From an uncultured Collinsella sp. (GTDB lineage Bacteria; Actinomycetota; Coriobacteriia; Coriobacteriales; Coriobacteriaceae): a DNA stretch of 64,000 nucleotides. Shown here in pieces: positions 42,295-51,090 of this stretch. The stretch covers positions 2,988 through 66,987 of the forward strand of contig CABRZJ010000002.1 of assembly GCA_902475425.1 (NCBI GenBank), written 5' to 3'. The notes under the pieces are model-generated. The model saw only the letters and a list, made by a program, of their open reading frames with translations. It was not told the DNA's origin and searched no databases. The translations under genes were made by a program, and so were the position numbers. Each line of letters starts with the position of its first letter. The stretch's first letter is position 1.

Positions 42295-43200
42295 ATGATT
42301 CAGGACCCCTTTCGTTCGATGATTCGTTCGGAAGGGGTCCTGCGTTATCGCGACCTTCCGTGGCGCCGCACGCGCGACCCGTACATTATTTGGCTTTCCG
42401 AGGTTATGCTGCAGCAAACGCAGGTGCCGCGCGTGGAGACGCGTATGCCGGCGTGGCTCGACTGCTTTCCGACCGTGCAGGCGCTCGCTCAGGCCGCTCC
42501 CTCCGACGTTTTGGGTGCTTGGCAGGGGATGGGCTACAATCGGCGCGCTCTGGCGCTTCACAGGGCCGCTCAGTGCGTTGTGGAGGACTGGGACGGGGAG
42601 TTTCCGCGCGAGACGCGCGACCTGGTCGCCCTGCCCGGTATTGGGCCGGCGACAGCGCAGGGCATCCGGTCGTTCGCGTTCGATCTTCCGGGCGTGTATC
42701 TGGAGACCAACGTTCGCACGGTTTTTCTGCATCACTTCTTTCCCGATGTGCCGGCCGTTCCCGATCGCGAGCTGGTACCGCTGGTTCAGGCAGCCTGTCC
42801 GGCTGCCCCCGGTGTGGCGCCAGACGAGATTGCCCCCTTTGCGGCGCCGCAAGACGATGCCGATACGCCGCGTGCGTGGTACTACGCGCTGCTGGATTAT
42901 GGCGCGTATCTTAAGAAAACGCTGCCCAATCCGTCCAGGCGCTCGGCGGGCTATAGCCGTCAGTCCAAGTTTGAGGGCTCGCGCCGTCAAAAGCGCGCCC
43001 ATATTGTGCGCATGCTGCTGGCTGCGCGCGATGGGCAGCCAGCGGGTATCACGCTCGCCGAGGCCGTTGCGGGCGTTAACGAGATGGAAGCGGCGGCAGG
43101 CCGCGAGCCGGTCGAGCGCGATCTTGTCGCGAGCATTTTGGCAGACCTGGAGCGCGAGGGCTTTTGCAGCTCCGAGGGCGATCGCTGGCTGAGCGTGTAG
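42295..43200 (+). CDS. MutY-like HhH-GPD adenine DNA glycosylase, short form
   Basis: RDLPWR, WLSEVMLQQTQV, WQGMGYNRRA and LPGIGPATA. No Fe-S Cys motif or C-terminal NUDIX-like domain. Confidence 0.85.
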   Translation: MIQDPFRSMIRSEGVLRYRDLPWRRTRDPYIIWLSEVMLQQTQVPRVETRMPAWLDCFPTVQALAQAAPSDVLGAWQGMGYNRRALALHRAAQCVVEDWDGEFPRETRDLVALPGIGPATAQGIRSFAFDLPGVYLETNVRTVFLHHFFPDVPAVPDRELVPLVQAACPAAPGVAPDEIAPFAAPQDDADTPRAWYYALLDYGAYLKKTLPNPSRRSAGYSRQSKFEGSRRQKRAHIVRMLLAARDGQPAGITLAEAVAGVNEMEAAAGREPVERDLVASILADLEREGFCSSEGDRWLSV

Positions 43201-43314
43201 CTCGTTCGAATTTGAAGAACAAGATTGTAGGGTTTAAATTCTCGGCTTGAGGGCATCCTAAAGACAAGGCCGCTCGAAGCCTACGGGCGGCATGTGTTGA
43301 AGGGAAGTACACCT

Positions 43315-43854
43315 ATGGATTTTGAGAACTCTCAAACCAAGAAGAACCTCGAGACCGCTTTTGCCGGTGAGTCCCAGGCGCATACCAAGTATCGCTACTA
43401 CGCATCTAAGGCCAAGAAGGATGGCTACGTTCAGATCTCGAATATCTTTGCCGAGACCGCTGGCAATGAGTCCGAGCACGCCAAGCTGTGGTTTAAGTAT
43501 CTGCATGACGGCGCCGTTCCCGACACCCTGGACAACTTGCGTGATGCCGCTGCGGGCGAGAACTACGAGTGGACCACGATGTATGACGAGTTCGCCAAGA
43601 CCGCCGAGGAGGAGGGCTTTACCGAGATTGCCGAGAAGTTCCGTGGCGTCGGTGCTGTCGAGAAGGCTCACGAGGAGCGCTACAACAAGCTTGTCGAGCG
43701 CATTGAGTCGGGCGAGGTGTTTGAGCGCGAGGGCGTGAAGGTGTGGAAGTGCCTGAACTGCGGGCACCTGCATGTTGGTGCCGAGGCGCCCGAGGTGTGC
43801 CCGGTGTGCAACCACCCGAAGGCGTACTTTGAGGAGCAGGTGGTGAACTACTAG
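43315..43854 (+). CDS. rbr: Rubrerythrin
   Basis: [27 protein letters not shown] and C-terminal CxxC...CxxC. Confidence 0.95.
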   Translation: MDFENSQTKKNLETAFAGESQAHTKYRYYASKAKKDGYVQISNIFAETAGNESEHAKLWFKYLHDGAVPDTLDNLRDAAAGENYEWTTMYDEFAKTAEEEGFTEIAEKFRGVGAVEKAHEERYNKLVERIESGEVFEREGVKVWKCLNCGHLHVGAEAPEVCPVCNHPKAYFEEQVVNY

Positions 43855-43875
43855 CGCTTGGCGCTGACATGAGCT

Positions 43876-44046
43876 GGGCCGGGAGGGCGGGATTGCCTTC
43901 CCTCCCCGCTCACGGCTTCGCAGGGTCGCGTTGAGGGAAGGCAATCCCGCCCTCCCGGCCCGCTTTGGGTCGTTGCGTGCTCGCTACAGAAAAGCTGATA
44001 TTAAAGTTTGTGTGCCGCCCCTTATGGGGCGGCACGTTTTGTGTGG
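43876..44046. repeat. Bipartite palindromic module, copy 1
   Basis: Perfect 29-bp IR at 43876-43904/43933-43961, plus hairpin GTGCCGCCCC/GGGGCGGCAC within 44006-44046. Confidence 0.85.
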
Positions 44047-44126
44047 AGGCAGTTGGGGCGATGACGTTGCTTAGGGGGTACACTGGGTAGCGTTGGCTAT
44101 TCGTTTCCTCTTGTGAGGTGTTGGGT

Positions 44127-44759
44127 ATGGGTAAGAAGTCTCGGGCTCGGGTGGCTGCGGCGGGGACTCGCCTCGATCCTCATCGCGTGGTTGATGAGAG
44201 CAGTAAGGCTGCGCGTGCCGATAAGGAGAAGAAGGTCGGTGCGCATGCTCATCCTGAGTGGGCGCCTCACCTCAATACGGCTAGCGAGGATCTGACTGCT
44301 AAGTTGTTTACTCTGGTCGAGGTTATCTTGGGCGTGGTGCCCGTGGTGGTCATTGGCTTGTTCTTGGCTTCGAAAGATGCTACGAGCGTGGATAAGCTCA
44401 CCGATGTCTTTTCTCAGGACCCCTCGATGGTGGTTACGTTTATCTCTGCGTGCCTGCAGCCGTTTGTGGCGTACATGCTGTACATGATTTATCGCAAGTA
44501 CTGCGAGGGCGATGCGGGCTTTGCCGCCGGCAACCTGATTGGCCTCTTGTGCTCCGAGATTTTGCTGCTCAATATCCCCGGCGTCATCGGCATGGGCATC
44601 TTGTTGTGGCGTGTCTGGCGCAACGTCGCCCCGCACTTCGAGAGCTGGCTGTTTGAGCGCCGCGCAATGGGTGTGCTGGTTGACATCGCGGGCTCGCTCG
44701 TGATTCTAGCCTTGGCGTTTATGTGCGCCACCGCCGCCCGAGGTTTCGCGGGCATGTAG
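44127..44759 (+). CDS. Hypothetical membrane protein
   Basis: Basic N-terminus then about 4-5 hydrophobic helices. GAGGTG RBS. Confidence 0.7.
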   Translation: MGKKSRARVAAAGTRLDPHRVVDESSKAARADKEKKVGAHAHPEWAPHLNTASEDLTAKLFTLVEVILGVVPVVVIGLFLASKDATSVDKLTDVFSQDPSMVVTFISACLQPFVAYMLYMIYRKYCEGDAGFAAGNLIGLLCSEILLLNIPGVIGMGILLWRVWRNVAPHFESWLFERRAMGVLVDIAGSLVILALAFMCATAARGFAGM

Positions 44760-44813
44760 TCTGTCCTCACCGACCACGGAGCGCAGGGCAACTGCTGGTT
44801 TCACCGCTCCGGA

Positions 44814-44975
44814 CGTCAGACCCGCGGCGCATCCCTTTCCCTCTCGCTCACGGCTTCGCAGAGTCACGCGAGGCAAAGGCATGCGCCGCGGGTCTGACGA
44901 CGCGGGCTTGCCAACGAGTTTTGGCTAATAGATTGGTTTGTGTGCCGCCCCTTTGGGGCGGCACTTTTTGTGTGG
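44814..44975. repeat. Bipartite palindromic module, copy 2
   Basis: About 30-bp IR at 44814-44843/44870-44899 (2 mismatches) with nearly the same loop as copy 1, plus the same second hairpin at 44936-44975. Confidence 0.85.
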
Positions 44976-45222
44976 GGTCCCGGTCTCCACAATTTTCGTC
45001 AAGCTTTTGGTTAGATTTTGGTCAGTTGGCGTAAGGGTGGAAGGCCAAAAGATTGCTGGCGAAAAAAGCTCAGAGAAAGTGCTGGTAGGGGAGTTGTTGA
45101 GCTTTTCGACAGCTTTTGAGCAAAAGAAACTTTGTGGCTATTGCCGGCGATTGCGTTGTCGCGGTCATGGCGGTGCGGGATGCTGGTCGTAAGCGTCGAA
45201 CGCTCCGATTTTGGAGGCCAAC

Positions 45223-45657
45223 ATGGACCTGTTTCTTGAGACCCCACAGCAACAAGCCGAGCGCATGCTGCGGCAGCAGCGGCGGCTTATAGAGATGCAA
45301 ATGCAAGGGGTTGCCAACCAGGCGCCCGTGCAAAACGTCGTGCCCGCTGCTGTACCTGCAGCCGTGCCCGGGTGCGAATCGGCACCAGAGGCCTATTCCG
45401 TACAGCAAGATTCATATGCGCAGGAGCTCGCGTTCGACAAGCGTCGTGCGCGTCGTCGCCGCGTGGGCCAGCGCCTGCGCACATTGGCGATGATCGTGCT
45501 CATTCCGCTAGGACTTGCGGCAATCTTCTTGGCCTCATATGCCCTCACGTGCATTCTCAACGGTGCCTCGCCCAATGAGGTGCTCCAGCATCTAGCGGCC
45601 CTGGGCCAGCGCCTAGGCGATGTCGCAACAACCATCCGCGCCGGCTGGGAGAGTTAG
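45223..45657 (+). CDS. Hypothetical protein with one TM helix
   Basis: GGAGG RBS. Arg-rich stretch followed by a hydrophobic helix. Confidence 0.65.
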   Translation: MDLFLETPQQQAERMLRQQRRLIEMQMQGVANQAPVQNVVPAAVPAAVPGCESAPEAYSVQQDSYAQELAFDKRRARRRRVGQRLRTLAMIVLIPLGLAAIFLASYALTCILNGASPNEVLQHLAALGQRLGDVATTIRAGWES

Positions 45658-45780
45658 CGTTTGTCACATTAGGACTTCCAGGGTGTACGAATTATCGCCA
45701 CGAGCAGAATTCTTGCATCCTGTGGGTCCTGTCGTGCGACTGAATAGTATTATTGAAGATAAATAATAATAGGATTTGCT

Positions 45781-46311
45781 ATGTATAAGCAGGATTTAGA
45801 GCAGACTCTTTTGGGCATTGACGAAGAGGCGGAGCTGGAAATAGGTCCAAGAGACGACAGGCCGAACGTTGTATTGGTGGGAGGAAGCGCCTTCATGCTA
45901 AACGATGTGACGAATCGTTCGGTTACACATGACATTGATGTGTTTGAGGCAGATAGGTGCCTCCGCGAGATCATAGCTCGATACCCCGAGGTGAATGGTA
46001 TGGCGGTGGCATATTGTAATCAGATGCCGTTCAATTACGAAGATCGTTTGATTCCCTTGGATATTGGGGCGCGCTTTATCAGGTACTTTACGCCATCCTT
46101 GGAGGACCTGGCGGTAATGAAGCTCTATGCCTGTCGTCCGAACGACATCATCGATCTTCATAGCCAGGCATTCGTCGACCGACTTGATTGGGGACTGCTC
46201 GAACGGCTTATATTCGACGAGGGCGAGGCGCTGGCGTCGTCGCCTTCGGAGCGGAGTTATCAAGAGATGGTCTGCGCATACAGCCAATACAAAAAGGAGG
46301 TGCTCGGTTGA
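45781..46311 (+). CDS. Pol-beta-like nucleotidyltransferase (DUF6036/AbiEii-like)
   Basis: VLVGGSA, THDID and MKL...RPND. Lower GC than flanks. Confidence 0.75.
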   Translation: MYKQDLEQTLLGIDEEAELEIGPRDDRPNVVLVGGSAFMLNDVTNRSVTHDIDVFEADRCLREIIARYPEVNGMAVAYCNQMPFNYEDRLIPLDIGARFIRYFTPSLEDLAVMKLYACRPNDIIDLHSQAFVDRLDWGLLERLIFDEGEALASSPSERSYQEMVCAYSQYKKEVLG

Positions 46312-46871
46312 ATCTGACCTTTGAGGGATTCTTAAAAGGCTATTGCCGAGAGCTATCCGGACAGCAGTCGCTCAGTTTTAGAAAACTGGTTAAGCAAGCG
46401 ACGACGGTTGCGCCGCGCGTGGCGGAGCCCCTGTTTTTGCTCGCTTTGGCACAGGGTAAAGCCGAATACGTTCTGGGTTTATCCGAGGGTTCGTGGATGG
46501 AAGAGGGTTACCGAGGCGTTTTGTCCTTGTACGCCCAAACGGGTAGCCTGGCATCTCTATGCGCCGAGGACAAACTTCCTAATCGTTATGCCAACGTTTG
46601 GCGTGCGTATAGAGCGGTGAAGGAAAAGCCAGTGGCGGACAGAAGAATCAACGCCCTGATGCGAAAAAGAACGTTGGGAGCGCTAGAGGAATCGGGTGTA
46701 ACGCGCTACGGTCTCTGCCGCGATTTGAATCTGAATAAGGGAAACGTGTACGCATATTTAGCCGGTGATGACTCAAAGGTGAGCAGGGAGACGGCGCGCC
46801 GCATTATGGAATATGCGGAGGAGAGGGGCGCCCAAGAAGGGGCCGGGCGCCCGGTGCGTATGGCGGGGTAA
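46308..46871 (+). CDS. Hypothetical protein with C-terminal XRE-like HTH
   Basis: TTG start overlapping the upstream TGA, after AAGGAGG. C-terminal TRYGLCRDLNLNKGNVYAYLAG looks like an HTH. Confidence 0.7.
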   Translation: MNLTFEGFLKGYCRELSGQQSLSFRKLVKQATTVAPRVAEPLFLLALAQGKAEYVLGLSEGSWMEEGYRGVLSLYAQTGSLASLCAEDKLPNRYANVWRAYRAVKEKPVADRRINALMRKRTLGALEESGVTRYGLCRDLNLNKGNVYAYLAGDDSKVSRETARRIMEYAEERGAQEGAGRPVRMAG

Positions 46872-46922
46872 GATTGATCGCGGTTTTGATTGGTGCTCGA
46901 TTGGGTTTGTTGGGCGGAGTTT

Positions 46923-48278
46923 ATGTCTGCTATTGATATTGTGCTTGTTGTGATCGCCTTGGTGGCGGTGGGGGTTGCTGTGGCTTGCGCCCTCCAGCTC
47001 AAGAGCCTGCGTGCCGAGTTGCGGGAGCGTGGCGACAGTAGCGCGGAAACGCTGGCAGCACTCGAGCAGGCCAACAACGCGCTCGATGCCCTGAACGTCG
47101 CGCTGGCCGAAACTCGCCGCACGGCCAATGCCATCGCGCAGCAGCAGACGACAGATGCGGCCGTGGAGCAGCAACGTTACCTGACCATCGCACGTGAGTT
47201 TTCGCAAGCTGGTGACCGGATGGATGACCTGCGCCGCGAGACGGCCCAACAGCTCGGTGCCAACCGCGAGGGTATCGAGCATCGCCTGGACAAGGTGCGC
47301 GAAACGGTCGATGCTCAGCTGGGCGCCATCCGTAAAGACAACAACGTGCAGCTCGATCAAATGCGTGCGACGGTGGACGAGAAGCTCTCCCGCACGCTCA
47401 ACGACCGACTGTCGGCATCGTTTAAGCAGGTGAGCGACCAGCTCGAGGCCGTGTACAAGGGCCTGGGCGACATGCAGTCCATCGCCACCGGCGTGGGCGA
47501 CCTTAAGCGCGTGCTGGGCAACGTGAAGGCGCGTGGCATTTTGGGCGAGGTGCAGCTGGGTGCAATTCTGGCGGACATCCTTACGCCCGACCAGTATCTG
47601 GAAAACGTCGCCACCAAGCCCGGCGCCTCGGAGCGCGTTGAGTTTGCCGTCAAGCTGCCGGTGGACGAGGGCGACCCCGTGCTGCTGCCGATTGACTCCA
47701 AGTTTCCGGGCGACGCGTACGAGCACCTGCTCGACGCGCAGGAGTCGGGCGATGCGGAGACCGTGGCGGCTGCGCGTAAGACGCTCGACACCATGGTCAA
47801 GCGCGAGGCCAAGGACATCTGCGAAAAGTACCTGAGCGTGCCGGCAACGACCAACTTTGGCATCATGTTCGTGCCGTTTGAAGGACTGTACGCCGAGGTC
47901 GTCAGCCGCCCCGGGCTTATCGAGACCCTGGGCCGCGACTATCACGTCAACGTTGCCGGCCCCAGCACCATGGCGGCCATCCTCAACAGCCTGCAGATGA
48001 GCTACCAGACGTTTAGGCTACAAAAGCGCACCGACGACGTGCTGCGTGTGCTCTCTGCCGTCAAGGCCGAACTGCCGCGCTATCAGACGGCGCTGCGCCG
48101 CGCCCAGCAGCAGATCGAGACCGCGGGTAAAACGGTCGAGGGCATCATCACCACGCGCACCAACGTTATGGAGCGCAAGCTCAAGGATATCGACGCGCTG
48201 GAAGACGCGCGGGAGGCCGACGAGATCTTGGGGCTCACGTCTGCGAGCCTGCTCGCAGACCAAAAAGACGAGGACTAG
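46923..48278 (+). CDS. rmuC: DNA recombination protein RmuC
   Basis: N-terminal TM, coiled coil, RGILGEVQL, PIDSKFP, FGIMFVPFEGLYAE and GPST. Confidence 0.93.
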   Translation: MSAIDIVLVVIALVAVGVAVACALQLKSLRAELRERGDSSAETLAALEQANNALDALNVALAETRRTANAIAQQQTTDAAVEQQRYLTIAREFSQAGDRMDDLRRETAQQLGANREGIEHRLDKVRETVDAQLGAIRKDNNVQLDQMRATVDEKLSRTLNDRLSASFKQVSDQLEAVYKGLGDMQSIATGVGDLKRVLGNVKARGILGEVQLGAILADILTPDQYLENVATKPGASERVEFAVKLPVDEGDPVLLPIDSKFPGDAYEHLLDAQESGDAETVAAARKTLDTMVKREAKDICEKYLSVPATTNFGIMFVPFEGLYAEVVSRPGLIETLGRDYHVNVAGPSTMAAILNSLQMSYQTFRLQKRTDDVLRVLSAVKAELPRYQTALRRAQQQIETAGKTVEGIITTRTNVMERKLKDIDALEDAREADEILGLTSASLLADQKDED

Positions 48279-48401
48279 CTGCATCTGACGGCGGGGCGCC
48301 TGCGCAAGCACGGCGCGGGCGCTTTTCGCATCGTGCTTGCCTGAAGTGCGCTTCAATGTGCAACAATGGCGTTTCGCCCTATCAGACGCGAAAGGAAGCC
48401 C

Positions 48402-50204
48402 ATGTCTCAGAGAAACACCAGTCCGCTCAAACGCTCCACCGTGCGCCGCACGCTGCAGCGTTTTTGGGACGTCACGCGCACGCAGCCGCTGATCGTCTTT
48501 CTCTCGGTGTTCTCGTCGGCGGGCTACATCTTTTTGCTCACGTTTGCCAACACCTACGTGATGGCCCTTATCGTCGACCGCGTCCAGGCCGGCCCCGTGG
48601 CGGGCGACCGGGTGTTTGAGGTCTTTGGTCCCTACATTCTGGCGCTCGTGCTCGTTAACCTAGTGGGCCAAATCCTCTCCAAGCTGCAGGACTACACCGT
48701 CTACAAGCTCGAGATTGCGGGCAACTATCACTTGGCGCGCCTGTGCTTCGACACACTCTCCAATCAATCCATGACATTCCACACCAGCCGTTTTGGCGGA
48801 TCGCTCGTGAGCCAGACGAGCCGTTTTATGAGCGGCTACACGGGGCTGGTGGACGTAACGGTGTATTCGCTCATCCCTACCATCACCTCGGTTGTCTGCA
48901 CGGTGGCGGCGCTCGCTCCGGTGGTGCCGACGTTTACCGTGATCCTGGTGGGCATTATGGTCGTCTACATCGCGTTTGTCTGGCTTATGTATAAGCGCAT
49001 CATGCCGCTTTCGGCCGCGACGTCCGCCGCGCAGAACAAGCTGTCGGGCGTGCTGTCCGACGCGGTCACGAATATCCTGGCCGTCAAGACCTGTGGGCGC
49101 GAGGACTTTGAGCGCGACCTGTTCGATGCTGCCGACCGCGCCGCGCGCGACGCCGAGACGGTCTCGATGCACGCCATGATGCAGCGCAACTTTACGACCT
49201 CGGGCCTTATCGTCATCACCATGGCCGTGGTGAGCGTGTTCGTCACGGGTGGCAACGCGTGGTTTGGCATCTCTGCCGGCGCGCTCGTCATGATCTTTAC
49301 CTATACGTACAACCTCACCATGCGTCTGAACTACGTAAGCTCCATGATGCAGCGCATTAACCGCGCGCTGGGCGATGCGGCCGAGATGACGCGCGTGCTG
49401 GACGAGCCGCGTCTGGTGGCAGACGACGAGAGCGCTCCCGAGCTTAAAGTGACCGAAGGTGCGATTGATTTTGAGCACCTGAGCTTTGCATACCGTGACG
49501 CCGCGGCGGGCGAGAACGTGTTCGACGACCTGACGCTTCACGTGGCGGCGGGCCAGCGCGTAGGCCTGGTGGGTAAATCGGGCTCGGGCAAGACGACGCT
49601 CACCAAGCTGTTGCTGCGCCTGGACGATGTACAGGGCGGCCGCGTGCTCGTGGACGGACAGGACGTCTCGCGCTGCACGCAGCAGAGCCTGCGCCGCCAG
49701 GTTGCCTACGTGCCGCAGGAGGCGCTGCTGTTCCATCGCTCCATTCGCGAGAATATCGCCTACGGACGCCCCGACGCCACCGACGAGCAGATCCGCGAGG
49801 CTGCGCGCTTGGCTAATGCGACCGAGTTTATCGACCGCCTGCCCCGTGGCTTTGACACCATGGTGGGCGAGCGCGGCGTTAAGCTTTCGGGCGGTCAGCG
49901 CCAGCGCGTGGCTATCGCCCGCGCGATTCTCACCGACGCGCCGATTTTGGTGCTCGACGAGGCGACGTCTGCCTTGGACAGCGAGTCCGAGGCGCTGGTG
50001 CAGGAGGCGCTCGAGAACCTGATGCGCGGTCGCACCTCCATTGTGGTGGCGCATCGCCTGTCTACCGTGGCGGCGCTCGATCGCATCGTGGTGCTGGCGG
50101 ACGGCGAGATTGTCGAGGACGGAACGCATGCGCAGCTTGTCGAGGCGGGCGGCGAGTACGCAAGCCTGTGGGGCCGTCAGACCGGCGCATTTTTGGAGGC
50201 TTAA
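48402..50204 (+). CDS. ABC exporter, fused TMD and ATPase
   Basis: GKSGSGKTT, LSGGQRQR, LDEATSALD and AHRLST after about 6 TM helices. Confidence 0.95.
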   Translation: MSQRNTSPLKRSTVRRTLQRFWDVTRTQPLIVFLSVFSSAGYIFLLTFANTYVMALIVDRVQAGPVAGDRVFEVFGPYILALVLVNLVGQILSKLQDYTVYKLEIAGNYHLARLCFDTLSNQSMTFHTSRFGGSLVSQTSRFMSGYTGLVDVTVYSLIPTITSVVCTVAALAPVVPTFTVILVGIMVVYIAFVWLMYKRIMPLSAATSAAQNKLSGVLSDAVTNILAVKTCGREDFERDLFDAADRAARDAETVSMHAMMQRNFTTSGLIVITMAVVSVFVTGGNAWFGISAGALVMIFTYTYNLTMRLNYVSSMMQRINRALGDAAEMTRVLDEPRLVADDESAPELKVTEGAIDFEHLSFAYRDAAAGENVFDDLTLHVAAGQRVGLVGKSGSGKTTLTKLLLRLDDVQGGRVLVDGQDVSRCTQQSLRRQVAYVPQEALLFHRSIRENIAYGRPDATDEQIREAARLANATEFIDRLPRGFDTMVGERGVKLSGGQRQRVAIARAILTDAPILVLDEATSALDSESEALVQEALENLMRGRTSIVVAHRLSTVAALDRIVVLADGEIVEDGTHAQLVEAGGEYASLWGRQTGAFLEA

Positions 50205-50267
50205 GGACCCCGTACGTGGGACAATCGTTTCCGTGAAGTTATGTTTCTGCTGAGCCGAGGAGTCGTT

Positions 50268-50933
50268 ATGCCACACGAGACCAATGCCGCCAAACGCGAG
50301 CGCGCCGTTGAGGTGTGCGAGCGCCTCAACCGTCGCTATGGCCCGGTCGAGTGTTTTTTGGATCACGAGAATCCCTTTAGGCTGCTCATCGCGGTACTGC
50401 TCTCGGCTCAGACGACCGACGCGCAGGTCAACAAGGTGACGCCGCAGCTGTTTGCCCAGTGGCCCACGCCCGAGGCCATGGCGGGGGCGAGCGTGGCCGA
50501 TGTGGCCGATACCATTAAGTCACTCGGCTTTTATAAGAGTAAGGCCAAGCATGCCGTGGAGGCCGCGCAGATGATCGTTGCCGATTACGGCGGCGAGGTG
50601 CCGGCCGACATGAAGGAGCTCGTCAAGCTGCCAGGCGTTGGCCGCAAGACGGCGAACATCGTGCTCAACGTGGGGTTTGGTATTGTCGAGGGCATCGCGG
50701 TCGATACACACGTCAACCGCATCGCGCACCGCCTGATGCTGAGCCCCAAGACGCATGCCAAAGAGCCGCTCAAGACCGAGCAAGATCTGCTCAAGATTTT
50801 GCCGCACGAGTATTGGGAGTCGGTCAACCACCAGTGGATTACCTTTGGCCGTGAGATCTGCGACGCCCGCAAACCTAAGTGCGACGAGTGCCCGCTGGCG
50901 GATTTGTGCCCCAGCGTGCGCGTAGCGGGGTAG
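50268..50933 (+). CDS. nth: Endonuclease III
   Basis: LLSAQTTD, LPGVGRKTAN, VDTHV and C-x6-C-x2-C-x5-C. Confidence 0.96.
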   Translation: MPHETNAAKRERAVEVCERLNRRYGPVECFLDHENPFRLLIAVLLSAQTTDAQVNKVTPQLFAQWPTPEAMAGASVADVADTIKSLGFYKSKAKHAVEAAQMIVADYGGEVPADMKELVKLPGVGRKTANIVLNVGFGIVEGIAVDTHVNRIAHRLMLSPKTHAKEPLKTEQDLLKILPHEYWESVNHQWITFGREICDARKPKCDECPLADLCPSVRVAG

Positions 50934-51090
50934 GGCGGAACGCATCTTCGTCTGGCGTTTTTTGCGGGGCTGGATTTGCCCTTGAGCTGGAGTCCTCTCC
51001 ATGCGCTACCATGACAGGCAACGAATTTGACGAACGACCCGCCGAGCTTGCCTCGGCGGGCTTTTGGCGTTGCAATGCCGGAGGAACAGC

